From Felis catus (lineage: Eukaryota), in NCBI RefSeq assembly GCF_018350175.1, contig NC_058368.1, positions 8,680,001 through 8,744,000 of the forward strand: 64,000 nucleotides of DNA, written 5' to 3'. Within the stretch, counting starts at the first letter, position 1, and each line of letters starts with the position of its first letter. Under the pieces are notes generated by a model. The model made no database searches and had not been told where the DNA came from. It saw only the letters and a list, made by a program, of their open reading frames with translations. Both the position numbers and the translations under genes were made by a program. Positions 12,232-24,862 of this stretch are shown piece by piece.

Positions 12232-13589
12232 GCATGATTGGCTTGCAGGGAACTCTGATTTAGGAAGGAAGAGAATTACAGGTATACAAACAGTGATGAG
12301 CAGTAGTTGTTAAGGTAGAAGGGTGATAATTAAAGACTGTCCCCCTGGGTACCAGCATAACTGAGATTTTGATACCTTGGCAGCTAGGATCTATGTTTGT
12401 GTTCTGTATGCTTCTGGAAGCTCTTTTGCAGTGCTTGTGGGGGTGGGCTACCCAAAGTACAAATGATGAGCTGGGGTTATGGGGTGCCTGGGCTGCTATG
12501 CCCAAGAGGCCACAGCTGGACCAAGCTGGCATTGAACCCCCATACTTCTCACCAGATGGAGCTAATTGTCAACCCATCATTCCCTGCTCACAAGAGCCTT
12601 CATATTCAGACCTAGAAAGAAAGATAAATACCCCAGGGTATATTTTCCCTGAGTGCCTTCTCTGAGTTTTCTGAATGGCTATGGTTGTTTACTAGCTGGC
12701 AATGACTATAAAATTACATAATCATCGATCTCTATATCTTCTCCTTTAACGTAGTGAAGTCCCCAGTACAATGAGAATAAGACGTTTCATGCAACCTGTA
12801 AAAACGTATTTGTCAGTGGGGTGGTGCGTATAATGCAGTGAGTTATTTCCCAAGTGGTAAATAAGCTGGAAGGAGATGTTAATAGCAAAGAAGTCCATAA
12901 GGATGCCATAAATCTCAAATTTGCTTTGTGCCGAAATATTTTATTATAGCATTGGTGGTACTTGGGCAAAGTTTCCTGAGTAGTAAATCAGTCAAATTAA
13001 GTAATTACAGTTTGTGTGTGTGCTCATAAACTTCATCTAGGTCTTAAATATTTTGGTCCGATTTTCTGAGACATTTGAGATTTAGTGAGACGTTTGTTTC
13101 AGAAAAGGTCTGGGTTAATAAGTAGACAGAATAATAGGTGTGTGACTGTTCAGGGTATGAAACCTGCTAGGTAAAAATGCTAAGCGTGTCACGTTTCCCA
13201 CGCATCACTTGACATTTCAGTCATTTATTTTTAAACCCAAACTGGTGCATTATCTCTGTGGCCATCGTCAGGCTGCCTACAGTATGTCTGGGAACAGCAC
13301 TCTACAGTTTAAGTTTATTACGTTAGGCCCAGAGTGAATGAAAGGAGGTATGGTAAACTGAAAGGTAAGAGAATGGCAGTTGGGCACACCAGGGGTGAGG
13401 GGAAGGGGTGGAAAGAGCCACGGGGAAGAGCTGGAAGAGAGGAGGTAATCAGACAACACGTTCCACATTTTCTTCCAGGATTAGCTCTTTCGGGAGACTG
13501 AGTCAATTTTAGGAACATTGGAAAGGGATCATTTCCAGCTTTCTAACTGTGGAAATTCTATTAATACCACTCAGTTCAGTCGAATGGAT

Positions 13590-14150
13590 AATTCAGTTGA
13601 ATGGCCCAATTCTGGGCCAGGCATTGTAGAAGTCTCAAGACTTTACAGTAGCCAGTAAGTCAGAGTCCTTCAGATTGGTGTTGAAAGACACTTACGGTGG
13701 AAAATTCCGACATACAGGAATGTCGAAGGCTCCATGGAGGCTGGAGGAGGGCACCCAACCCAGCCTGAACCAGTGAAGCAGTTCATCCTTGTGAAGGCAA
13801 AGTCTGAGCCATGTTTCAGGAGGGGAAAGAGCCTAAAGCAAAAAGGACAATAGCACGACAATGTGATGTGTTCAAAGGCACTAAGAGAAATTGACATTTT
13901 GGAAGCTTCACATGAGGGGGAACCTTGCAGATCAGGCTGGACAAGGATTCCTGGGCTGTATTCAAGGCCCGCATGATTGCCGTGGATCCTGATGGTGGTG
14001 CCTCTACAGGCCGACCTGTGTGAGCAGATTTACATTTTAAAGAGATCACTCTGGCCGCAAGGAAGGGAGGAAGATGAATTTGAGAGGTACAAGCGCAGAA
14101 TCCTAGAGGCTGTCAAAATAATCAAGGTGACATAACACAAACGAAACTAC
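13590..14150 (-). mobile_element. L2 fragment
   Basis: gggccaggcattgtag...ttcaaaggcac...cagatttacattttaaagagatcactctggc are L2-like antisense motifs. Confidence 0.6.
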
Positions 14151-14852
14151 TGTGCTGTTACAGACCAGAAAATGTGAAGACCGGAGTCTTGTGGATTTCT
14201 TTACAGTCTGTTCCCGCCCCCAACCCCTGCCCCAGCCCGGTGAAGTAAGAGCTGTCTTAAACATGCGGAAAAGTATAGAAAATATAATACAAACACCCAT
14301 GTTCCAACTGAAACGGTTGAGGAGGTATTAATATTTTCCATAATTTGATTTTTAAGGAGATGAAACATTTTAGTTCAGCTCAATTTTCCTGTGAAAGTCT
14401 CATCAGCCCCAGTCTCTCCCGTCGTGAATTTGCTGCTTATCATTCCCTCGCATGTGTTTTATATTTTGCTACACTTATCTGTACCTATTCTTAAAATGTA
14501 TATATTTTTAACATACCTCAAACTCTTACACCAACAGTATCAGACTAAATGTAATTTTCGTAACTTGCTTTTAAAAATTTCTCTATTATTTTATCCATAT
14601 CCATATAGAGCTTGAGTTTTTCCTGGTGACTATTGCACATTGCCTGATGTACACTACAAGATGTATATCCATTCTCCTGCTGATGGACACATAGTTGATT
14701 TCATGTAGACTGTTTCCAGCAAGGGCGATGTGAGCATCCTTCAAAGCCTGTCTCACCCAGGGTTTCCTGGAGAATTAGTCTTAATGCCCCATGTCACCCA
14801 TTATATATATGAATTAGCTTCTCACTTGTGCATCAAGAATGGTGCTAGTTAA

Positions 14853-15070
14853 GGACGCCTGGGTGGTTCAGTCGGTTACGCATCTGACTTCGGCTCAGGT
14901 CGTGATCTCACAGTGTGTTCGAGCCCCGTGTCGGGCTCTGTGCTGACAGCTCAGAGCCTGGAGCCTGCTTCGGAGTCTGTGTCTCCCTCTCTCTCTGCCC
15001 CTCCCTTGCACTCTCTCTCTCTCTCTCTCTCTCAAAAATAAATAAACATTTAAAAAATTAAAAAAAAAAT
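14853..15070 (+). mobile_element. SINEC_Fc-type SINE with TSD
   Basis: TSD aatggtgctagtta at 14838 and 15071. Confidence 0.95.
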
Positions 15071-16669
15071 AATGGTGCTAGTTATGCAGCATCCTTGGGA
15101 GATTTGAGAAAATAATCCTGCAAATTATTTTCTGTTTCATGGTTCAGATGAGAACCACTTGTTAAGAAAAAAAGGATACAATCTCTAGATCAGTAGGGGG
15201 ATACATACATAGGTCTTCTTTCAACCAGCTATGGCCAAATGCCATTCAAAGGGATGTTCCAGTCCGTTGACATTTCCTAGCACTGGATAAGCAGTTTGTT
15301 CCCCATTTTTGCCGATAGTTCCTATTGTTAGATTTTTCTGTTTTTGCCAACTGAGGGCAAATAGTATCTTGTTTCAATTTTCATTTTTCTGGTTATTACT
15401 CCGTGTGAGCATCTTTTTCATATATAGTTTTTGTGATTAGAATTTCTTCTATAAATTGATCATTTGTATGCTTCCCATTTTTCTATTCAGGTTTTGTCTT
15501 TTTCTTTCTCACTTCAGGCTTCTTTATATATTCTGATTGCTAATCCTATGTTGGTTGTATGGATATCAAATATGTTTTAAATGTACTTATGGTGTCTTTT
15601 TGGATAGAAGTTTTTAATTTTAATCAAATTTATCAAACTTTTCCTCTGTGGCCTGTGCTTTTTGTGTTTCTTTAGAAATTCTTCTCTGGCCATGCATGCT
15701 TTTTTTTTCCCCCAGTATGTTTTTCTATAAAGTTTGAAGTTTCACTTTTCATATTATAGTTTTTTGTTTCTCCTGCAACTTATCAATTGGTGAGGCAGAG
15801 GTCTCGTTCCTTTTCCTTTTTAGAAATAGCCAGTGGTCCAGGAACAATTTATTAAGTAGTCTGTCTTTTCACATGCCCATGGTTCACCACCATGTCATTG
15901 CTTTTTACATGTGCGTAGGATTGTTTCTGAGCCTCTACCTGGCTGCATTCCGTTTGTGTCTAATACCACACTGTCTTAATTACTATAGCTCTATGCTAAG
16001 TTTTGAGAGATGGCAAGGAAATTTCTTTCACTCTTTTTTCTTGACTGTCATTTGCCTGTGCTTAGATCTTTGTTTGTTTCATGATTTCCAGGATTAACTT
16101 GTTCAGCTAAACAATAAAACTATTAGGATTTTTATCACAATTATCCTTCCAGTTAATAGAATGATTTGGGAGAACTGGTGTTTATGGTATTAAGTTTCTT
16201 TTCCATGAATATGGTATATCGTTTCCTATATTCAAATATACTTTGGTGTCTCTCAGCAGCATTTTGTAATTCACTTCAAAAAGATCCTTCAGATCCTTTA
16301 TATGATTTAGTCTAGGGTGACTTAAAATTTCCCAGCTGCTGTTTCTTCAAATATTTCTCCTATGTTTCATCTCTTTCAGGTTGCTTAACTATCCTTTTTA
16401 CCTCTTTGTCTTTGTCACTGTGGTGAATTCCTCAGAACTCTTCTAATTCACCAGATCTCACTTCCACTGTCCAGACTAGAGTTAATCCCACCTGTACTGG
16501 ATTTATTTATTTAAATGAATAAATTTTCCATTTCTAAACATTCCAGTTAATTCTCTTCTGGATCCATATGTTGTTTCATTTTTGCCTCCTTTTAGTCCAT
16601 GCTGTCTTGTTATTGTTTATTTTTTTAATGGATATGCTTTAACTTATTTCTCTGAACATACTCATTTTA

Positions 16670-16892
16670 TTTTTTTAAATTTTTTTAAACTTTTATTTAT
16701 TTTTAAGAGACAGAGAGAGACAGAGCATGAATGGGGGAGGAAGAGAGAGAGGGGGAGACACAGAATCCAAAGCAGGCTTTAGACTCTGAGCTGTCAGCAC
16801 AGAGCCCAAAGCGGGGCTCAAACCCACGAACTGCAAGATCATGACCTGAGCCAAAGTCAGACACTTAACCAACTGAGCCACCCAGGCGCCCC
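16670..16892 (-). mobile_element. SINEC_Fc-type SINE (first of triplet)
   Basis: Full antisense body ending ccaggcgcccc. Confidence 0.93.
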
Positions 16893-16900
16893 TATTATTT

Positions 16901-17106
16901 TTTTTTAATTTTTTTTTCAACGTTTATTTATTTTTGGGACAGAGAGAGACAGAGCATGAACGGGGGAGGGGCAGAGAGAGAGGGAGACACAGAATCGGAA
17001 ACAGGCTCCAGGCTCCAGAGCCTGATGCAGGGCTCGAACTCACAGACCGCGAGATCGTGACCTGGCTGAAGTCGGACGCTTAACCGACTGCGCCACCCAG
17101 GCGCCC
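16901..17106 (-). mobile_element. Young SINEC_Fc SINE (middle of triplet), short internal deletion
   Basis: gtgacctggctgaagtcggacgcttaaccgactgcgccacc; TSD ccctattattt at 16890 and 17108. Confidence 0.93.
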
Positions 17107-17109
17107 ACC

Positions 17110-17311
17110 CTATTATTTTTTTAATGTCTATTTTTGAGAGAGAGAGAGTGAGCACAGATGGGGGAGGGGCAGAGAGAGGGGGACAGAGGATCCAAAGCGG
17201 GTTCTGGACTGATAGTAGAGAGCCCCCGATGTGGAGATAGAACCCACAAACCACGAGATCACAACCTGAGCAAAAGTCAGACACTCAACCAACTGGGCCA
17301 CCCAGGTGCCC
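17110..17311 (-). mobile_element. Can-SINE (third of triplet)
   Basis: More diverged antisense body ending ccaggtgccc. Confidence 0.9.
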
Positions 17312-18906
17312 TTGAACGTACTCATTTTAAATCTTTGTCAGACTAGACCATAAAATGAATTCATTCACAGTAAATTCATGTAGATTGGATCGGCTGTCTT
17401 TCTTAGCATTAAATGTGTTACTGTGTTTTGCAGCTTTGGTTTACAACTCATTTAGTTGTTGCTGTGGTTTCACTTTTTTCTGCCATGTTTGCCTTCCCCC
17501 TTTATGGTTGTGTCTGCCAAACTCTGGATTCTCCAGTGCAGAACAAGGTTTGCACGGGTGACACGGGCCCCTGTGCCATGATAATATTATCTCTGACCCA
17601 ATCATCATACCAGGACGTAGTGGGAGGTGAGAGGGCTGCTGTGGTTCCTGGTCATCAGGCTGCGTCTGCTTCCTCCAACTTCTCTAGGTCTCCAGTGAGC
17701 AGCAGGTTTGTTCCGCGTTCTTTACAAAGCCAGATTCTCCTCTGATGGACCACTGTTACTTCTATTTATTTATTCTATTTGAAATCCGCCATTGGCATAT
17801 GTTTGGAGCAGAGGATAGACATCAGACTGTGATCATATTTTGCCTTCTTGACTAGTCCTCAGACCTGATTTTAAAAAATAATAATAATTTTCAAAGTTGT
17901 GTGGTGTTATCCTAACATTTGTCTATCACAACAGTACAATTTTGTACCTTTCAACCCCTGCTCCCGTCTGTCTTTATGAGCATAGAATTGAGGGTGGCAT
18001 TCTTTCAGTGAATCATATCATGATCCACCAGCTGAAAGATTAATTCAGGAAACATGATTAGAAAGAGACATCTGAATAGTTTATCTGGGACATAAGGCAC
18101 GGACATCAGTGACAGGATTTAAATAACTGAAATGAATTCTCTTTAGTTCTCTTGTCTTACCAAATTAGCATCAAAATGTTTTTACCAGTTTAGGTAAGGT
18201 GATGTCAGAAAGTCTAACTGCTGTGCTGGTCATAAATTATCACCGTGTTCATTTGCTGATTGAGAGAATACTTCCTATGGCTAAAATACCTGGTTTACCT
18301 TTTGGAACAAGAATGATAATATAACATTTATAATTAAGAATAATTAATATCTGGGATGTCCTATATTCTGGGTAATTGTTTTTAGCAGTACATGAACAGT
18401 CTGAGTAAATAAGAAATTGTTCTTCTCTTTAATAAACTCTCTGTATTTATTACTCCACGATTCTAGTGTAACAATAGAAATCAACCTGGAATTGGTATGT
18501 CCTTTAGAATTAAGGCTGTGTCTCCCCGAATGCCATAGTAAGTCTTAGGTTATTGCTGGCTGTACTTTTCCAGTGTTTCGCCGAGTTAATATTAGCCTGT
18601 GTCTCCATCATCATGTCATGCTATCTCAGAAAATGCTAATGAAACAGTCCCTCTCAGATTAAAAAGATAACATTACAGATTCTTCACAGATCTTTCAGAT
18701 TTATGTTCATTTTTAGCTCAAATAAAAAGTTGCACGTTTAAAAGATGAGAAGTACTTGGAGATAATTCATTACGGATTCTGCCGAATGATATTTGACATT
18801 ATGGCTGAATTTAACCGCTAAACTTCTTAAGTGGTTTTTCATGTTCTCATTTATGCCATGGAGGGAAGATGACAGCATTAGGTTTTAAATATTAAAATAT
18901 CAAAGC

Positions 18907-19132
18907 TTTTTTTTAAAATTTTTTTTTCAACGTTTTTTATTTATTTTTTGGGACAGAGAGAGACAGAGCATGAACGGGGGAGGGGCAGAGAGAGAGGGAG
19001 ACACAGAATCGGAAACAGGCTCCAGGCTCCGAGCCATCAGCCCAGAGCCCGACGCGGGGCTCGAACTCACGGACCGCGAGATCGTGACCTGGCTGAAGTC
19101 GGACGCTTAACCGACTGCGCCACCCAGGCGCC
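18907..19132 (-). mobile_element. Very young SINEC_Fc SINE with TSD
   Basis: Near-consensus with CpGs intact; TSD tcaaagcttttttt at 18900 and 19135. Confidence 0.96.
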
Positions 19133-20399
19133 TCTCAAAGCTTTTTTATATGAAGAATTCTAAGCACTGGACACACTGTTGAAGGCCACCATCGCTCGGT
19201 AACTTCAAGGAAGCTCCATTTGAATTCCCCAAACAGGGTCTACATTCTTTTTCTTTAATGTTCTTAAATTTTAAGCCTGAAATAAACATTATTTTTTTCT
19301 CCAAAGCTTCTTTCAAGACTATAGAATCCAGTAGGGATCTCAGGAGTCATAAAATGCGGAAGCAAATTCTTAAAAACTTGAATTGCCTTTATTTACACCT
19401 GAAGCCTCTTTGATATCAGAATCTTTGCTGAGGAAAAGGGATTTCTCTATGACTTTGAATAGCCTAAGAAAGTCATTTGAATATATGGAGATAATCAACA
19501 ACCACACAGATAAGCTTTGTGACTTTTATTATTTTTTTAAGTGTTGTGACTTTTAAAGATTTACCTAAATGGTAAAACTAAGGCATTGTACAGATGATGT
19601 TGGATCTTAGAATGCTTTCAAGGAGAGAACTTACAGGTTTGAGAACGATAGCAGGATTCCTGAGTCCTCTTTGCTCCTCACTTGTGCCTCAGACCCTAAT
19701 CTGGAGGTAACAGAGGTGGCTCCGTCCCAAGTAGAAAAATCCCCAATCCGTCATGAAACGGTGAGAGAGATCTGCTGACGGTTGGGGGGGGGGGGGGTTG
19801 AATGTCTGTTGACCGTCTCCTTTTCACAGTGGATATATCTGTACTGTTAGGGACAGGTGACCTGTGGCCCTGTTTCCTGGAGCTGCAGCAAGAGATCTGA
19901 GCCTTCTGACTTCTCTTCCAGCCACAGAGGAACTAAGTATCCAATCCTGAAGTTGTTTCTCGACAGCTTCCTCTCCATCGTGCTCAGGAGAATTTGAGGA
20001 CTCTCTTGTGCTACGTGGGCACAAGATTCTTCCCTTCTGTGAAAAACAGGAGGATAAAATGACAGGCAGGGCTGCTATTACTTTAATATCTCCGAGAGAG
20101 AAGTTATTTTATCCTTGGAAGGGAACGGTGTCAGGCTTTTCTGTCGTACACTCCACCAAAACCAGAGTTAAGTACAACTCCTGCCGGTTAAAGTGTGGTT
20201 TTGATCGTGTAATCTGGGACTTCTCAAACTCGTCAGAGAAGAGAAAACCTACTCCCTGGGGAATATGGTGGTGCGGGTGGCTCAAAGTCCCATGCCATGG
20301 TTCATTGAAGGCTTATATGTTTTCCGAAAAATAATGTCAATTTTGCATTTTATTCCAAAATAAATCCAGTTTTAGATTAATAGACTTATACTGCTACCT

Positions 20400-20760
20400 T
20401 TGTAAACTGTTACAGCCTTTCTGGTCGGCAATTTGGCAATATCTGTTAACACTGAAAATATATGTACCCTTTCCCCCAGCAATCTTACTCCTGCCAATTT
20501 GTCTCATAGAAGTAAAAGCATCAGTACATAAGATATATGTATAATGATATTTATGACCATATGTCATGGCAAAAATTGGACTAATGAATTCCATTCAACA
20601 GAGAAGTGGAAGAATACATTATAAATCATGGAGCCACTTCATCATGGAGTTGTGAGCCACTAAAGACAATGAATTAGAACTCTACCAAATGACTTGAAGA
20701 GCTATCTATGAGTAAAGTGCATTTAAGAGCCCATATTTATAAAACAACCAACGACAGAAT
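20400..20760 (+). mobile_element. Old L1ME 3' fragment
   Basis: ggcaatttggcaatatct...ccagcaatcttactcctg...gaatgaattaga-like motifs. Confidence 0.65.
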
Positions 20761-21341
20761 AACCCTATGTGTTTCTATACGTTTTACAAATAATGACATC
20801 TGCACGAGGAACTAGGTAACTCACCAGGTTACCTGCAGGAGAAGGGGTACAGGGAGAGAAGGGGACAAGGGAAGCCAAAAAGAGAGAAGCAGACACATAG
20901 AAACAGGAAAAAAAGAAAAAAAAATTTCACTTATACCATTATGTGGAAATAGAAACGTATATAGGATAATATGTCATACAAGTTTTAAATAAGCACCTTG
21001 CCTCCCTTCTTGTGAATTTGGAAAATGCACAGGTTCAGGCTCACTGTCTCATTACAATGTGAGCCTGTGAGCCCTTGTACAATGGCTTGAGAAACATGGA
21101 CATGACAGCATCCAAACTGTGAAGATATGAGGGCTGTGAGCCACCACACTGCCTCCCGCTTCTAGAGTGCCTGTACTCTTGGGAGGTCCTGGTGGGTCCT
21201 GCCATGATGTGATCATAAAGGGCCTTCTTGGCGAAGGCAGGCTGTGATCATTTTTAAGGTTCCCTAGACAGGTACCTTGGTTCTGCGGCTTGATGTCTAT
21301 TGGTTCTTCTACCTTTGATGCATCACTTGATTTGACCTTTA

Positions 21342-21557
21342 ATTTTTTTTTTTATGTTTATTTATTTTTGAGAGAGAGACAGAGACAGAGCATGTGCAGG
21401 GGAGGAACAGAGAGAGAGGGAGACACACAATCTGAAACAGGCTCCAAGCTCTGAGGTGTCAGCACAGAGCCCGACACAGGGCTCGAACTCACAAACCGTG
21501 AGATCATGACCTGAGCCGAAGCCAGATGCTCAACTGACTGAGCCTCCCAGGCACCCC
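21342..21557 (-). mobile_element. SINEC_Fc-type SINE with TSD
   Basis: TSD ttgatttgaccttta at 21327 and 21558. Confidence 0.95.
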
Positions 21558-23201
21558 TTGATTTGACCTTTAGATTTTGGCAATGATTCCTGGTTCTCTC
21601 TGCAGTTCCACCTTGGCTATTGGCTTTAATCTGTCTTGACCTCTAGCTTTCATGTCATTTCTGCATTCAAGCCATCCTTTTTTTGTTGTTGTTGTAAAGT
21701 GCTTTATTCTCAACATTTTCCTTCATTCTCTTCTTGGCCATTATTTAGAACAGCCTGTCTTCTTGATCCACTTTACTCTGGTCCAAGATCAAGCATACTT
21801 TTAATATGTACTGTATTAAATGCAGTTTGTCTTCCCCTTGACTTTTCTGAAACAGCTATATAATGGCTAACAACAGAGATTCAGATGAATCTGTTGCTTT
21901 AGAAACATTAAACCTAGAGTTGAATTTGGATGTTTGGGTTGGACTCTGTCTCATTTTAGCATATTAGTTTCTTTGCCTCAAAAACTCAAAATCTTTTTTT
22001 GTAAGGGAATCTCAAAGGTTATTTAATCCAACTATACTTCACTGACCACAATCCTTTATGAAACACTTCTGCAGAGGTGACTCATTTTCATCAATGGTCA
22101 TTTCTTCTTTATTTATATAAAGTCTAAATCTGACCATTTATCTGCCCATGCTCTTACTAGCAGCCAGGTAAAAACTAGATCCTTTCTTGATGACAACAAT
22201 ATCTAGAGCCTCTAAAATGTCTCATACACAAAAAGTGGCATTAGATTTAAAAATTACCAGGCAGTCCGAAAGAAAGGACCAAATAACTGAAAACAGAGAG
22301 GAAAAAAAATCAGATAATATCACTTTGTGAGGCTTGGAAGCTTAGGTTGCTGCTTTGTGCCCTGCCTCAGTCTCCTGTGCTGCAAATCAGCAAAGCCTCC
22401 CAGAAGGAAAAGCAGCAGGGAAGGTCAAGCTCACATCTTAGTATGTTTTGCTTCATGCTGATATGTTGGCTGCTCAAATGCTAGCTGCTTTGGTTGCTCT
22501 CTGATGCTTCAAGAAGCTAAATTTTGCATTTTGTATATTTTGTGTCGGTTGTTGGTATTTTCAGTGTGAAGGTTGATCTGATACAAGCTACTCCTTCATA
22601 GTCAGAAGCATACTGAATACATATGATAATGAAAAATATCAATTAAACATTGGTAATTTGTTCTCATAAATTGTGAAATCAGGCAATGATTTGGAGGAAT
22701 TGTTTTCAACTTCCTAATTTAGGGTCTAGAGTTCAGGCCCTCATTTTCATTTCTGGGGACTGATTTCCAAATAGGAAAGTGCACTGAATCATTCATACCA
22801 GATGACTTTACCAATCAGTTCCTATATTCACGTACTGCTTGTGAATATCTAAGCAGAAGAGTATCAAAGTATTTAGATGGATTACCACATCACCAAGAAT
22901 GCCAAGTCTTTGATCTACTTTTTTACCTTCACAATTTTGCGTGCATGATAAAAGCAAATTTATTCCTTTCAACACTGAAAAAAATTCTCCAGCACTACCA
23001 CCTGACTTTATATAGTTAAATACCATGTCCTATGTCCAGTTCATCCAGCCGAACATTGAATTGCTGTGGTTCAAGCCATAGAAGTGTTTCCAATTTATAG
23101 TTTTATTATGTTCTGTTTTTAACTTTCTAGTGCAAAGCCTTTCTTGGTGAATGAGTCAATGAACTGACTTAAATTGTTCTTAAAAATATTATTAAATGTT
23201 A

Positions 23202-23325
23202 GGGCACCTGGGTGGCTCAGTCGGTTAAGCATCTGACTCTTGATTTTGGCTCAGGTCGTATCTCCCAGTTCGTGAGATTGAGCCCCGTATCCAGCTCTGT
23301 GCTGACAGCATGGAGCCTGCTTGGG

Positions 23326-23380
<55 letters not shown>

Positions 23381-23500
23381 GTGTGTGTGTGTGTGTGTGT
23401 CTCTCTCTTTCTCTCTCTGCCCCTCCCCTGCTTGTGCACATGCTCTCTCTCTCTCTTGCTCTCTCTCTCTCTCAAAATAAGTAAATAAATATTTTTAAAA
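23202..23500 (+). mobile_element. Can-SINE with expanded (CT)n(GT)n
   Basis: gggcacctgggtggctcagtcggttaag head; compound microsatellite at ~23328-23416. Confidence 0.93.
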
Positions 23501-24427
23501 TATGTTATGTTTTATAATGTATGAAATTACCATCCACAGAAGGACTGTCTTTAAACGGGCTTTACTACACTAAACTAAAAAAACAAAACCCAAAAAACTT
23601 AAAAACTTTTTTCAACCCAGAAAAGTAAATAATTTCCTGTTGATATTTCATGAATACCATGCCCAACAGTCCAATCACATCAAAGCACCCTTCGTCCCAC
23701 AATAAATGTAGCTGCTGATACTCTCATCAGCAGCACTAGAAAATGTCACAAATAATGATTTATCTTTTTCATGCAACTTGTCCTGTAAGTTTCCCATTAA
23801 TTCTTTAATACCCTGAACAACTGTTTCACATTCCACTTATATTTACACTTATTTCTATCTGTTCAGGATACATAATTATAGCTACATTCAATCCATATTT
23901 TTGTAATCTCACCATCCCTAAGAGGTTGAATGCCCAGCCACTTTTTCACTTAATACATTACTTCACAGTTGTAGTAGCTATTTTGTTCACATTCAGAAAC
24001 AGACCTCATGGTTTCTAATAGAAAGAAATAAAACAGTTCTTTTTCTCATTCTATTAAGTTTTCATCACAAATCTTTCCTTATGCCAGCATTTATTGTGGT
24101 TTATTTCAAAGTGGCAGCTTATGTTGTGTTCTTTCGGTGCAGACATGCTTATGTGCATATTAAACACCTACCATATTTCTATGTGGAAGTGAAGAATATT
24201 ACTTTCTCACATTTTTTATGACACATTCAGCTCTCTGAATCTTTCGTTTCCCTGCTTTTAATATGGGTACAGGAAATATTTCACTTTCTTTTCATTCAAG
24301 GGTAAGGGAAACATCATAGCTTGATGACGGATGTCACCTAACTTTGACCTTTGATTTGTGTGGACAGTAGAGAATAGTGGCACTGTGGCAAACTGAAGAG
24401 GCAGTGCCTGTTAAGATGCAAGTCTGG

Positions 24428-24647
24428 GGGGCGCCTGGGTGGCTCAGTCGGTTAAGCGGCCGACTTCGGCTCGGGTCATGATCTCGCGGTCCGTGAGTTC
24501 AAGCCCCACGTCAGGCTCTGTGCTCACAGCTCGGAGCCTGGGGCCTGTTTCGGATTCTGTGTCTCCCTCTCTCTGACCCTCCCCCATTCATGCTCTGTCT
24601 CTCTCCGTCTCAAAAATAAATAAACGTTAAAAAATTAAAAAAAAAAA
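24428..24647 (+). mobile_element. Young SINEC_Fc SINE with TSD
   Basis: TSD aagatgcaagtct at 24413-24425 and 24646-24658. Confidence 0.95.
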
Positions 24648-24658
24648 GATGCAAGTCT

Positions 24659-24862
24659 GGGGTGTCTAGGTGGCTCAGTCGGTTGAGCATCCAGCTTGTA
24701 GCTCAGGTCACGATCGCCCCGTTGATGAGTTCAAGCCCCGCATCGGGCTCTGTGCTGACCGCTCAGAACCTGGAACCTGCTTCAGATTCTGTGTCTCCTC
24801 TCTCTGCACCCCTACCCCGCTCGTACTCTGTCTCTTTCAAAAAATAAATAAACATTTTTTTT
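24659..24862 (+). mobile_element. SINEC_Fc-type SINE
   Basis: ggggtgtctaggtggctcagtcggttgagc head, aaataaataaac tail. Confidence 0.92.

Larger units (their letters stand above)
14300..17850 (-). mobile_element. Highly degraded L1ME/HAL1-type fragments hosting four SINEs
   Basis: T-rich antisense L1 motifs (tatccattctcctgctgatggaca; taccacactgtcttaattactatagct; atttgggagaactg). Confidence 0.65.

Noticed and set aside
11990..12313. F/L/S-rich and K/E/R-rich ORFs
   Set aside because: Translations of the (CTTT)n microsatellite.
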